A DNA stretch of 64,000 bases. It comes from a candidate division WOR-3 bacterium (GTDB lineage: Bacteria; Hydrothermota; Tepidihabitantia; B3-TA06). Location: NCBI GenBank assembly GCA_965649265.1, contig CBFGKC010000004.1, positions 24,331-88,330 of the forward strand, written 5' to 3'. Positions 1 through 8,720 of this stretch are shown piece by piece. Made by a program: the position numbers and the translations under genes. Numbering within the stretch: position 1 is the stretch's first letter; each line of letters opens with the position of its first letter. A model generated the notes under the pieces. It did not search any database, was not told the origin of the DNA, and saw nothing but the letters and a program-made list of their open reading frames with translations.

Positions 1-2696
1 ATTACAACGCCGATAAGAGGCCCGACTTTGCGCTGGCCGGATCGGACAAGGTGTATTTTTATTTGAACTTAGCCTCCGGTTTTGTCCTCGATACCTCGAT
101 TGCCGCCGCCGCACCTCGCGGCATTTGCTGGATTGATTCCGAGGCGGACGGGTTTTTGGAGCTTGCCGTGGCCGATTCCGCCGCTCTAAACTTTATTATT
201 GACCCGCAGTCGAATTTTGCCGCAACCGCCATCGGCTCGCTTGTCGAACCGAGTGTTGCCGTTGCGGCAGGAGATTTCGACGGGCAGCCGGGCGTCGACC
301 TTATCTTCGTCAACTACGGCAAGGAAAGCCGCATCTATCGCGGTCCCGATTTCACCCCTATGTCTGACGATACCGTATCTTACGGAACCAAAGAACAAAG
401 GTCAATTGCGCTTGCCGATCTGGACGGTTCAAACGGCGCTGACGCCGTGATAGTCGGAAGGGGTGGAAACTGCTGGCTGAGGAGCCGTGTTCCAAGACTA
501 AACAAGGTGATACTCAACCTCTGCGGACGCCGCGATATCGTTGCGAGTCTTTCCAACACCATGGCGGCGGGGGCGGTAGTCAGACTATACAACGGCGCAA
601 ACCTTGAAGAGCTGTGGGATATTGCTGCCGGAACAGGTTGCGCCGGTCAGGACGCGCCGCAGAAGGTCTTTCCGGTACCGGACCCGACGAATTACCTGCT
701 CGTGATATCGTGGCCGCGTTCCGGCGTCGTCGATTCGCTGGCCCTGGATACGTTCGATATGCCGGTAGAAATACAGGCTTACGAGGATTTGACCCCGCCC
801 ACCCCTCCCTCGAACCTCGTTTGTACCTCCCACGATACTATCTATTGGAGCAATAAAGACCAGGTTTCCTTTAAATGGGGGTCCGGTGGCGACGAGGGAA
901 GCGGCCTGAAGGGATACAGCGTTTCATGGAGCAACGACACGATTGACATGCCGGACTTTTCCCTTGAGGCGCAGGGGCAGGATACATCGGGAACTTTTAC
1001 CGCCGGCTGTGAGGACAGGTGCTACTTCTTTATCTCGTCCGTCGATTCCGTGGGGAACGTTTCCATGCCTGCGAGGTCGGCTCCGATAAAGCTCGATTTT
1101 TCAGAACCTGTAGGTGTTATGCCTTTAAAGCCAAGCACCGGAGCTTTCATAAGCGATAGCCTTATTCATTACGAGTGGCATAAGGGCTCGGATATTTATT
1201 CGAAAATAAGGTTTTACAAGCTCGAGGTTTCCGACCGCGACAACTTTCTCATAATCCTCGATTCCGTTACCCTTCCTCCCCCTCCTGATTCAGAGCCTTT
1301 GTGCCAGTACCAGTCCCTTAAGCCCCTGGCTGAAAGGCCGAGCTTGTGGTATTACTGGAGGGTTATGACCGCTGACTCGGCGGGTAATGTCGATACCATG
1401 ACAACGGACAGTTTTCAGATAGACTTGACTGCCCCATACGTCGAGTTGACATTCCCGGTTGACGGTGATACGGGTGTCTCCATCAACCCCCGGATATCCA
1501 TCCAGTTCAGCGAGCAGATGTTTGTTTCCGATACGGATGATGCCGCGTCGGCAATCAATCCTGACAACTATCGCATCATTAAATCGGAAACCAGTAAGCC
1601 TTACTCCTTCTATGTGACAATAGACAGCACGTTTCCCACTAACAGGTTGTTTTATCTTAATCTTAACGAGGAGCTTTCGCCGCAGAGCAATATAAGGGTC
1701 AGCGTGCTTGCAGCACTTCAGGACAGGGCAGGCAACCCAATCCGGAAGGATACGACGTGGGTATTCGTGACCGGGAACGCGGCGGACAAGATAGGGCCGC
1801 GAATAGAATCGGTGACCATGGAACCGAACCCCACGCTCGGCGAGAAAAAAATAGCCATCACAGCATACGCAAACGATTCCGCGTACGTTTCCAACCAGGT
1901 CGAACAGTGCCTTTACTGGATAGATGACGAAGTTGATACGCATTCCATGATTGTCAAGCCGATATCTTTCAAGGCCACCTGTCTGGATACCCTCGATTTG
2001 AACGTCTATCAGCTTGAGATCGGCGATCATGTGCTCAAGTTCCAGGCTATTGATGCGTCAAAGGATAAGAACCGGGGAGTGTACTTTTATGACACGTTGA
2101 CTGTCAATACTACTCCACCACCCGACATCGAAATTATTATCGAGAATGACACCACGAATATACGAGTCGGCGACACGCTGAGTTTGAGAATCGAATCCTC
2201 TCAGACTCTTGCCAATCTTACTATCCGGTTATTTCATCTTGACAGCCTTTACAAACAGAAATACATTGACCATGATCCGGGAAGTTCTGTCATAACGATT
2301 CCCCTGGAGGGTATTCCGGCCGGCCCTTGTACCCTTAAGGTACTTGGATACAACCAGGAAAATATATGGAATACATCCTCACAAGCCTTTATTCTGCAGG
2401 GAATCGAACTCCTCACGGATGACAGGGCTTTCGCCGCGCCTAACCCTGCGTCCGGTAATATGGGAGTATACTTTATTCCCGGCGAGCCTGTCACGGCCAC
2501 TCTTCGCGTTTTTACCATAGACGGGCTCCAGGTTTGGAATCCTGAGCCCATCCAGAACGCGCCGGGCGGCCAGAGGCGCGTTTTTGAATTTGACGTCTCA
2601 GCCTGGCCCGTGGGCATCTATATATTCGTAATAAACGTTGAGAGCGCCGACGGGCGAACGTCTACCGTCAAGAAGGCCTTTGCGGTGGTGCGATGA
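1..2696 (+). CDS. 5'-truncated large secreted protein: FG-GAP repeats, FN3/Ig-like (Big_5) domains, T9SS-type C-terminal sorting domain
   Basis: Frame is open to the window edge (YNADKRPDFALAG). Motifs GDFDGQPGVDL, ADLDGSNGADAV, PVDGDTGVSINPRISIQFSE; C-terminus APNP..VFTIDG..GIYIFVI..KKAFAVVR. Confidence 0.8.
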   Translation, partial: YNADKRPDFALAGSDKVYFYLNLASGFVLDTSIAAAAPRGICWIDSEADGFLELAVADSAALNFIIDPQSNFAATAIGSLVEPSVAVAAGDFDGQPGVDLIFVNYGKESRIYRGPDFTPMSDDTVSYGTKEQRSIALADLDGSNGADAVIVGRGGNCWLRSRVPRLNKVILNLCGRRDIVASLSNTMAAGAVVRLYNGANLEELWDIAAGTGCAGQDAPQKVFPVPDPTNYLLVISWPRSGVVDSLALDTFDMPVEIQAYEDLTPPTPPSNLVCTSHDTIYWSNKDQVSFKWGSGGDEGSGLKGYSVSWSNDTIDMPDFSLEAQGQDTSGTFTAGCEDRCYFFISSVDSVGNVSMPARSAPIKLDFSEPVGVMPLKPSTGAFISDSLIHYEWHKGSDIYSKIRFYKLEVSDRDNFLIILDSVTLPPPPDSEPLCQYQSLKPLAERPSLWYYWRVMTADSAGNVDTMTTDSFQIDLTAPYVELTFPVDGDTGVSINPRISIQFSEQMFVSDTDDAASAINPDNYRIIKSETSKPYSFYVTIDSTFPTNRLFYLNLNEELSPQSNIRVSVLAALQDRAGNPIRKDTTWVFVTGNAADKIGPRIESVTMEPNPTLGEKKIAITAYANDSAYVSNQVEQCLYWIDDEVDTHSMIVKPISFKATCLDTLDLNVYQLEIGDHVLKFQAIDASKDKNRGVYFYDTLTVNTTPPPDIEIIIENDTTNIRVGDTLSLRIESSQTLANLTIRLFHLDSLYKQKYIDHDPGSSVITIPLEGIPAGPCTLKVLGYNQENIWNTSSQAFILQGIELLTDDRAFAAPNPASGNMGVYFIPGEPVTATLRVFTIDGLQVWNPEPIQNAPGGQRRVFEFDVSAWPVGIYIFVINVESADGRTSTVKKAFAVVR

Positions 2697-4738
2697 CCCC
2701 CAGTTTCATCAGATCCCATCTCAAGACATTTTTCGTCGCCTCTGCAGGACGTTTCAATGCAAAACAAGTATCCGGGGTCATCCGGAGTGTCACGCCGATA
2801 ATCCCCGGGTCTTCACAAAAATTTAGAGCATTGCATCCGTTCAGGAGTCTTATAGTCTGTTTGACTTTCGCCCTCCCCTTAGCCGCAGCCGTGCCTTCCG
2901 CCGGTGTTCGCGAGCTTCTCATACCCACCTACCCGGCGATTGCCGTTTATGGGGAGGCGCTTGCAGCGTCCAACATATCCTCGGCGTTCGTGGTCAACCC
3001 ATCCCTTATGGCAAGACAATCTTACCCATGCTTCTCGACGACGCACACGGAATGGTTCGCCGGAACCCGCAAGGAGAGATTGGATTTCTGTTACCCGAAC
3101 AGCTGGGGAACAATAGGAGTGGGGGCGTCCGGCTTCCACATCTGGGATATGGAGGCCCGGTCGGACTCGAATTCGACACCCCAGCCTTTTTCGGCATACA
3201 ACATGTCACTTGAGCTGCGTTACGCCCGGGGCATAGGCAATTTCTCGATCGGCGCCTCGGCTGCCGCGTTTCTTGAACACATATACAACTACTCGGGCTG
3301 GGGCTTTGCCTCATCGCTCGGCGCGTCGTATTCCCTCAAACCCTTCCTTTTCGGCTTGTCCGTTTTAAACCTGGGGCCTCCTGTAAAGCTCAACACGGGA
3401 TTTGAATCCACCCCCTTGCCGCTCGAGATCCAATTCGGTGCCTCCGCGTCGCCGATAGTCTTGTCAACGCCCCTCGACATCCAGGTGGGTGCAATGTGGG
3501 AGCCTTCATCAGCCGGCGGTTCCTTTGACTTCACCCTCGGTCTGGGCACGACGGTGCTCAAGATACTTCGTCTGGATCTGGCCGGCGGCTACGGAGCGCA
3601 CACGCATGCGGGAGCAGGCATGGCCATTAAACTCAAAAATGTCGAAGTCGCTTACTCGGCCTCGCTTCGACCTTCGATAGGATTCACTCACCACATCGGT
3701 TTAGATATCGTCCTGCCGCCTTCCGAGAAGGTGGACCCGATAGTGGCAAAGATGATGCAGACGTCGCAGACCTTTGTGGAGATCGGCAAGCGCGACATGC
3801 TGAACAAGGATTACGTGCACGCCCTGGCGCAGTTCGATCTCGCTCTCATATGGTACCCGGACAATGTGGAAGCCGAGCAGGGATATGAGGAGGCCCTTTC
3901 AAAGGAGCGCGAGAAGCAAATAAGCGTTCACCTGGAGGCCGCCAGGCTCGAAAGGGAGAGCGGTAACTATCTTGATGCCCTCAGGGAGTACGAGTACGTT
4001 CTTTCCCAGGCCCCCGACAACGCGCTGGCTCTTTCAGGCAGGGCCGACATGCTGCTCAAGCTTCAGGAAACGCCCATGCTTACCAAAACCGATATCCCCC
4101 AGGAGGCTGTAAACTTTTTTGAAGCGGGTGTGGAGGCATTCAGAAAAGATAATTTCACGGAAGCCCTGAAATTCTGGGAGGAGATAAGCGACAATTATTC
4201 CTACATCGAGGAGATCTCGCCGTTCATCAAGCTCGCGTCCGACAGAAGATCGACCCAGATAGACAGCCTTTTGAGGCTAGCCTACGATGCACGCGAGCGG
4301 GGTGCCCTTCGCCAGGCCTTGAACATCACCGAGAAAGTCATATCTGTAGATCCAACCAACAACATGGCTCACAGCCTGCGCGAGGAGCTGACCGCACTCG
4401 TGCACCGCAAGGTTTCCGAATTGCTCGAGGAGGCGCTCGGCTACTTCGACTCCAGACGCTACGAGCAGGCGGCGGAAAGATTCAACGACATTTTGACGCT
4501 CGAACCCTCAAACGCTATTGCTTCCAGGTATCTCGAGCGAATCCGGAAGGAAGAACGACTCGGCCGCGAGGACCTGGCTTCACTGAACGTCACCGCCGCG
4601 GGGGCCTACGCTCTGGGCGATTATGACACGGCGATACGTATATGGGAGCAGATTCTTTCCGTCGATTCGACCTTTGCGAATGTAAAACGGAATCTGGACA
4701 GGGCAAGACACAAAAAGAGCCTTCTTTCGAATCCTTGA
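2693..4738 (+). CDS. PorV/PorQ-like outer-membrane barrel fused to C-terminal TPR repeats; true start may be about 45-55 codons downstream
   Basis: LLIPTYPAIAVYGEALAA..VNPS resembles the PorV/FadL-type N-terminal NPA motif. Alternating beta-strands to about aa 340, then helical TPR-like repeats. ATGA overlap with the upstream gene. Confidence 0.75.
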   Translation: MTPSFIRSHLKTFFVASAGRFNAKQVSGVIRSVTPIIPGSSQKFRALHPFRSLIVCLTFALPLAAAVPSAGVRELLIPTYPAIAVYGEALAASNISSAFVVNPSLMARQSYPCFSTTHTEWFAGTRKERLDFCYPNSWGTIGVGASGFHIWDMEARSDSNSTPQPFSAYNMSLELRYARGIGNFSIGASAAAFLEHIYNYSGWGFASSLGASYSLKPFLFGLSVLNLGPPVKLNTGFESTPLPLEIQFGASASPIVLSTPLDIQVGAMWEPSSAGGSFDFTLGLGTTVLKILRLDLAGGYGAHTHAGAGMAIKLKNVEVAYSASLRPSIGFTHHIGLDIVLPPSEKVDPIVAKMMQTSQTFVEIGKRDMLNKDYVHALAQFDLALIWYPDNVEAEQGYEEALSKEREKQISVHLEAARLERESGNYLDALREYEYVLSQAPDNALALSGRADMLLKLQETPMLTKTDIPQEAVNFFEAGVEAFRKDNFTEALKFWEEISDNYSYIEEISPFIKLASDRRSTQIDSLLRLAYDARERGALRQALNITEKVISVDPTNNMAHSLREELTALVHRKVSELLEEALGYFDSRRYEQAAERFNDILTLEPSNAIASRYLERIRKEERLGREDLASLNVTAAGAYALGDYDTAIRIWEQILSVDSTFANVKRNLDRARHKKSLLSNP

Positions 4739-4762
4739 CGGACCGGAAGGGCTTGTTAAAAT
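4735..4762 (+). promoter_or_regulatory. sigma70-like promoter TTGACG-N16-TAAAAT
   Basis: Directly upstream of the lipoprotein pair. Confidence 0.55.
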
Positions 4763-4784
4763 TTCTTAATGTAGAGAGGTGAAA

Positions 4785-5141
4785 ATGAAAAAGATAGCAG
4801 CGTTACTGCCGCTTTTAATCCTTTTGTCTTGCAGTACGGGGCCGGATGCCCCTGTGCTGGTTTTTCCCGAAAACGGGGCAACCATCACCAATCTGCCGTT
4901 TCAGTGGAGGTCGGTATCCGAAGCCACCGATTATCTCTTTCAGATAGGAAGCGAGCCCACTTTCTCCAGTCCGCTCATCTCGTCCGTGAATTCCGACACC
5001 TTCTACACTCTTACCGCCGCACAGCAAACCATTTTCCAGACCGGTGTTACCTACTACTGGCACGTATACTCCATGTCGGACAAGGTCCGAGGCGATGAAT
5101 CGTCCATAAGGGAGTTCACCGTAGCCGGAGGAAAGCCTTGA
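4785..5141 (+). CDS. small lipoprotein with one FN3-like domain
   Basis: MKKIAALLPLLILLSC lipobox; FQW..Y..QI..F and TYYWHV motifs; GAGG SD. Confidence 0.75.
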   Translation: MKKIAALLPLLILLSCSTGPDAPVLVFPENGATITNLPFQWRSVSEATDYLFQIGSEPTFSSPLISSVNSDTFYTLTAAQQTIFQTGVTYYWHVYSMSDKVRGDESSIREFTVAGGKP

Positions 5142-5521
5142 AGCGTAGGGTACCCTTTGCCCTCACGGTCGCGTTTTCGTTGGTCCTTGCCGGCTGCAGT
5201 GATGGTCCCCCCTCCCCCTTGCTTGCCTGGCCGGGTGACGCCGACACGCTTACGGGCTCGGAGGCCGTCTTCAGCTGGAATGCGGTCGAGTCTGCTACGC
5301 TTTACCGCATCGAGATCGCGTCCGACAGCTTCTTTACGAGCCCGTCCGTCTCCGGCGACTCTATTCCCGACACCTTCTTCGTGGTCAATCTCGCGTTCGG
5401 CGGGCCGCTCGAAGGTCAGTGTACCTACTACTGGCACGCGGCCGCTTTCAATGAGAATTGGTCCGCCTGGTCGGACGTCCGCAGTTTCTACAACGCCAAC
5501 ATAAATCCGCCCTGTCAGTAA
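5138..5521 (+). CDS. small lipoprotein with one FN3-like domain, paralog of the previous gene
   Basis: LVLAGC lipobox; FSWNAVESATLYRIEIA and YYWH; TTGA overlap. Confidence 0.75.
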   Translation: MKRRVPFALTVAFSLVLAGCSDGPPSPLLAWPGDADTLTGSEAVFSWNAVESATLYRIEIASDSFFTSPSVSGDSIPDTFFVVNLAFGGPLEGQCTYYWHAAAFNENWSAWSDVRSFYNANINPPCQ

Positions 5522-5551
5522 CTCAGTCGGTTGCAATTAAATAGGGAGAAT

Positions 5552-6832
5552 TTACTTGCGGCCCATCCGCTTGTAATGGTCCTGGATTAAATCATCTACC
5601 GTTCGGAGTTCGATCTCGATTCCCTCATCAAGTTTTATTCGAGCTGCTTCTTCATACGCGTTTTTGGCAAAGGAAAAAGCGATGATAATTCCCTTGTTGC
5701 GCTTCTCAGCTTTTACTGCAGCGTAGAACTTTTGAACAACAGGTCTGCCAATGCCATCTTGTTGCTTGACCTCTACCGGGTTGTGGCCGAAGTCATGGCC
5801 GTCGACTCCTCTGTCACCGGATTTGGTTCGTGTGCACGTGCCGTGCAGGAGGTCAACGATCACGTGGTTCTGGAACTCGAAAGGCTCCATTTTCTTAAGG
5901 TCCTCAAGGGTAGCCGGCATCCCGACAACCTCTATTTCCCGATTTCCTTTAATGAGCTTGGCTACCCGCCGCTGAACCAGCTTGCAGGCTGTAGGTGAAA
6001 CGTCGCAACCGAGCCAGCGCCGGCCCAGTCTTTCAGCGACCGCTAGAGATGTCCCACAGCCGCAGAAGAAGTCGGCAACCACGTCGCCTTCGCTTGACGA
6101 AGCCTTAATAATGCGTTCAAGCAAAGCTTCGGGTTTTTGAGTCGGGTATCCAAGGAATTCCTTTGATGAGTTGTTAATTTTATCTATATCCCAAACGTTA
6201 TCTAAAGGCCTTCCTTCTCGCATAGCATCTGCCAGGTATCTTTTGATACGTCTACCGCCACCTGCGTCTGAAAGAACATATTTGCGACCGTCAGCATCAC
6301 TCCTCACCTTCTGCTTGCGGACCTTTACATACTCTTCCTCGCTCTCCCAGGGTATTGAATAACCGAAGAATATCTGCTCATCGCTCTTGCCGTAAAAAAG
6401 GATGGAGTCGTTCCTGTTCTCAAAATGATCTTTGAGTATTTTATTCCAACCAGAGTAATGCCATACAATCTCATTACGGAAGTGTTTTATTCCGAAAATC
6501 CTATCCATTTCACACTTGATGTAATGAACCGCACGCCAGTCTAAATGGATGTATATGGACCCCGTCTGTTTTAGTAGCCTGTGCGTCTCTATAAGGCGCT
6601 CGCGCATCCAGTTGACGTAGTGCTTAATACCGCCCATCCAGCGGTCTGCAAACGAGCGAAGTTCAGCGCCGTTGCCCCAAATTACCTCATGCTGCTTATT
6701 TGAGAAAAATGGAGGGTCAATGTAAATAAGATCAATGGATTCCGAAGGGAGTCTTTGCATAACATCAAGATTGTCGCCACAGTAAATTACGCCCGTCTGG
6801 AACTCTTCAGCCCGCGCCTTCTTTTTTGGCAT
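5552..6832 (-). CDS. N6A/N4C DNA methyltransferase (beta class) fused to an Mrr-like PD-(D/E)xK endonuclease
   Basis: LIYIDPPF, YPTQKPEALLERII and DFFCGCGT motifs; C-terminal MEPFEFQN..GDRGVDG..VEVKQ. Confidence 0.9.
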   Translation of the reverse strand: MPKKKARAEEFQTGVIYCGDNLDVMQRLPSESIDLIYIDPPFFSNKQHEVIWGNGAELRSFADRWMGGIKHYVNWMRERLIETHRLLKQTGSIYIHLDWRAVHYIKCEMDRIFGIKHFRNEIVWHYSGWNKILKDHFENRNDSILFYGKSDEQIFFGYSIPWESEEEYVKVRKQKVRSDADGRKYVLSDAGGGRRIKRYLADAMREGRPLDNVWDIDKINNSSKEFLGYPTQKPEALLERIIKASSSEGDVVADFFCGCGTSLAVAERLGRRWLGCDVSPTACKLVQRRVAKLIKGNREIEVVGMPATLEDLKKMEPFEFQNHVIVDLLHGTCTRTKSGDRGVDGHDFGHNPVEVKQQDGIGRPVVQKFYAAVKAEKRNKGIIIAFSFAKNAYEEAARIKLDEGIEIELRTVDDLIQDHYKRMGRK

Positions 6833-6837
6833 TGTAA

Positions 6838-6866
6838 ATAATACCTTGGAATCAGTTGCTTGTCAA
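6838..6866 (-). promoter_or_regulatory. sigma70-like promoter TTGACA-N17-TATTAT, 5 nt before the ATG (probably leaderless)
   Basis: Read on the minus strand; no SD between the -10 box and the ATG. Confidence 0.6.
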
Positions 6867-6892
6867 GTTATAGCCCCTAACATATCCCTTGC

Positions 6893-6939
6893 AACACCCG
6901 TAACACCCGTAACACCCGTAACACACCAGCCCTCCTCAG
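6893..6939 (+). repeat. tandem 9-bp repeat (AACACCCGT x3) followed by AGCCCTCCTCAG
   Basis: Directly visible; both motifs recur elsewhere in the window. Confidence 0.9.
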
Positions 6940-6961
6940 AAATGCCCGTCCCCATTGGGGA

Positions 6962-7297
6962 GGGTCTGACCTATGGAATGAGTCTGCATTCCATAGGTCA
7001 GGGTCCGCCCCTTGAGATATGGCTATATCGCATAGGGCGTTTTCATAGGCGGTTTTAATCACAAGGAAATAACGCCACGTAACACCCACCCGCCTGAGCG
7101 TCGCCTTAATCCTGCTCCATGCTAAAACTTTCATGCCCCCCTTTTTGAAGGGGGGTGGTCGAAGACCGGGGGGATTCTCGATAGTTCTATCTTTCCTTGT
7201 GGAGCATTCGCTCCGCGAATAGATTGCTTCGTCTCCTCGAAGGAGCCTCGCAACGACTTTTTTCAAACCCTCTCGCACCGGGAGAGGCAGGGTGAGG
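6962..7297. repeat. cluster of different REP-like palindromic elements
   Basis: Perfect 15-bp stem at 6966-7001; CCCCCCTTTTTGAAGGGGGG at 7136-7155; AGATTGCTTCG..CTCGCAACGAC at 7221-7257; CCCTCTCGCACCGGGAGAGGCAGGGTGAGG at 7268-7297. Confidence 0.7.
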
Positions 7298-7475
7298 AAA
7301 GCCTGACGCGCTTCTTCAAACCTGGTCACAAACCGTTAATCTGGACTTCGGTTGGGTTCCCGAAAATCACCCTATTTTAGCCAAAAACACCCAAAAAACG
7401 TCCCCCAATGGTTTTTACTCCTAACTCACGAACATGCTCGCTTTACCTGCGATTTACCCCTGTTTTTGGCCGATT

Positions 7476-7500
7476 TTTTGTCCATCTTTTGTCCTACTTA
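7476..7500 (+). repeat. 25-bp sequence TTTTGTCCATCTTTTGTCCTACTTA, duplicated exactly at 48621-48645
   Basis: Exact match found by inspection. Confidence 0.9.
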
Positions 7501-7553
7501 GTTATCCACATTTTTGACGCGTTCGGTTAATCCTGACATGGGTTTATCAAGCC

Positions 7554-7582
7554 TTGACACGAGGGTATAAGCTCCTTATCAT
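7554..7582 (+). promoter_or_regulatory. sigma70-like promoter TTGACA-N17-TATCAT, 5 nt before the ECF sigma ATG
   Basis: Consensus match at the expected position. Confidence 0.6.
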
Positions 7583-7587
7583 CCCGA

Positions 7588-8154
7588 ATGCCGGAGAGGT
7601 TACAGCAGGAAGTAACGGACATCGAGCTCGTCGAGCGCGCGCTCGACGATGACAAGCTTGCCCAGCGCGAGATAGTCCTGCGCTACCAGGGGCCCATATA
7701 TGCCTATATTTACCGTTGGATGCGCAACCGCGCCGACGCCGAGGACCTCACCCAGGACGTCTTCATAAAAACCTTCCGCGCACTCGCAACATACTCCAGG
7801 CAGTCGAGTTTCCGCGCGTGGCTTTACCGCATTGCCCGCAACAGGGTAATAGACTTTCTGCGCCGCAAGAAACCCCAGTCAGTAGACATAGAAGTCGATG
7901 AATTAGAAGACATAGAGGATGGCTGCACGCCCTCTGAGATCTATGAGGGGGCCGCCCAGAGCGAGAAGCTCAATGACCTTGTTGACTCTCTTCCTGATTT
8001 GTACAGGGAGGTGCTTCTTCTAAGGCACCGGGATGAGTTGAGTTACGACGAGATTGTAGAGGCTACGGGCCTTGCCCTCGGAACCGTCAAAGCAAGGCTT
8101 CACCGTGCCCGTAACATATTGAAAAAACGTTTAGATGAGGTGAAACTTTTATGA
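7588..8154 (+). CDS. ECF RNA polymerase sigma factor (SigW/RpoE-like)
   Basis: DAEDLTQDVF, FRAWLYRIARN..IDFLR, LSYDEI..GTVKARLHRAR. Confidence 0.95.
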   Translation: MPERLQQEVTDIELVERALDDDKLAQREIVLRYQGPIYAYIYRWMRNRADAEDLTQDVFIKTFRALATYSRQSSFRAWLYRIARNRVIDFLRRKKPQSVDIEVDELEDIEDGCTPSEIYEGAAQSEKLNDLVDSLPDLYREVLLLRHRDELSYDEIVEATGLALGTVKARLHRARNILKKRLDEVKLL

Positions 8155-8169
8155 ACGATTCTCCGTCAA
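8141..8169 (+). promoter_or_regulatory. ECF-type promoter TGAAAC-N17-CGTCAA overlapping the 3' end of the sigma gene
   Basis: Matches the AAC/CGT consensus of SigW/SigM-type promoters. ATG 8175 lies 5 nt downstream. The same motif occurs upstream of sppA. Confidence 0.6.
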
Positions 8170-8174
8170 CAAAT

Positions 8175-8702
8175 ATGATGGATTGCTCTAAGGTTAAAGA
8201 ATGGATCCAGCGCAAGTTGGACGGTGATGAGATACCCCCGAATGTCATGAAAAGTGTCGAGGGGCATCTTTCTTTGTGCCAGGGCTGCAAGTCGTGGATA
8301 ACCGACATGGAGGCTGCACTTACGGAAGTACGCACACTCGAACAGCCGAAGCCGTCCGCCTTGTTTCAGGCAAGACTCATGCGTTCGCTAGGTCTTGCGC
8401 CGTTTCCTTTGTGGCTGCGATGGGTTACGGGCGCGCTCCTATCCCTGGGTGCCTTGTGGCTGCTGCTTTTCTCTTTCGCGGGTGAAGGCCTTTCCTCAGG
8501 CGTCGGCGTTCCATTGATAGGCAAGCTGTGGAGATTTTTTGTGAATATCTTTGCGCTTCGTTCAGGAATTTCGGGAATGCTTGATGATTACCTTTATCTT
8601 GCAATCATTCCTCTCGGAGCATTCGCGCTCATCGTGCTTTTCGGCATCATGGCGCTCAGAAAGTCAAAAATTTCGGATACTTATGAGGCTGGGAACTTTT
8701 AA
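8175..8702 (+). CDS. zinc-binding (zf-HC2/ZAS) membrane anti-sigma factor; ORF could also start at 8151
   Basis: MDC..LDG..HLSLCQGC (HxxxCxxC) plus hydrophobic helices; follows the ECF sigma. Confidence 0.9.
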   Translation: MMDCSKVKEWIQRKLDGDEIPPNVMKSVEGHLSLCQGCKSWITDMEAALTEVRTLEQPKPSALFQARLMRSLGLAPFPLWLRWVTGALLSLGALWLLLFSFAGEGLSSGVGVPLIGKLWRFFVNIFALRSGISGMLDDYLYLAIIPLGAFALIVLFGIMALRKSKISDTYEAGNF

Positions 8703-8720
8703 AGCGAACATGGAGGCTGG

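Noticed and set aside
6846-7329. ORFs 6846..7058 and 6877..7329
   Set aside because: They are translations of palindromic and tandem repeats with no SD or recognisable domain.
7476-7510. oriC suggested by TTATCCACA
   Set aside because: Only one perfect DnaA box, and no dnaA/dnaN context or clear unwinding element.
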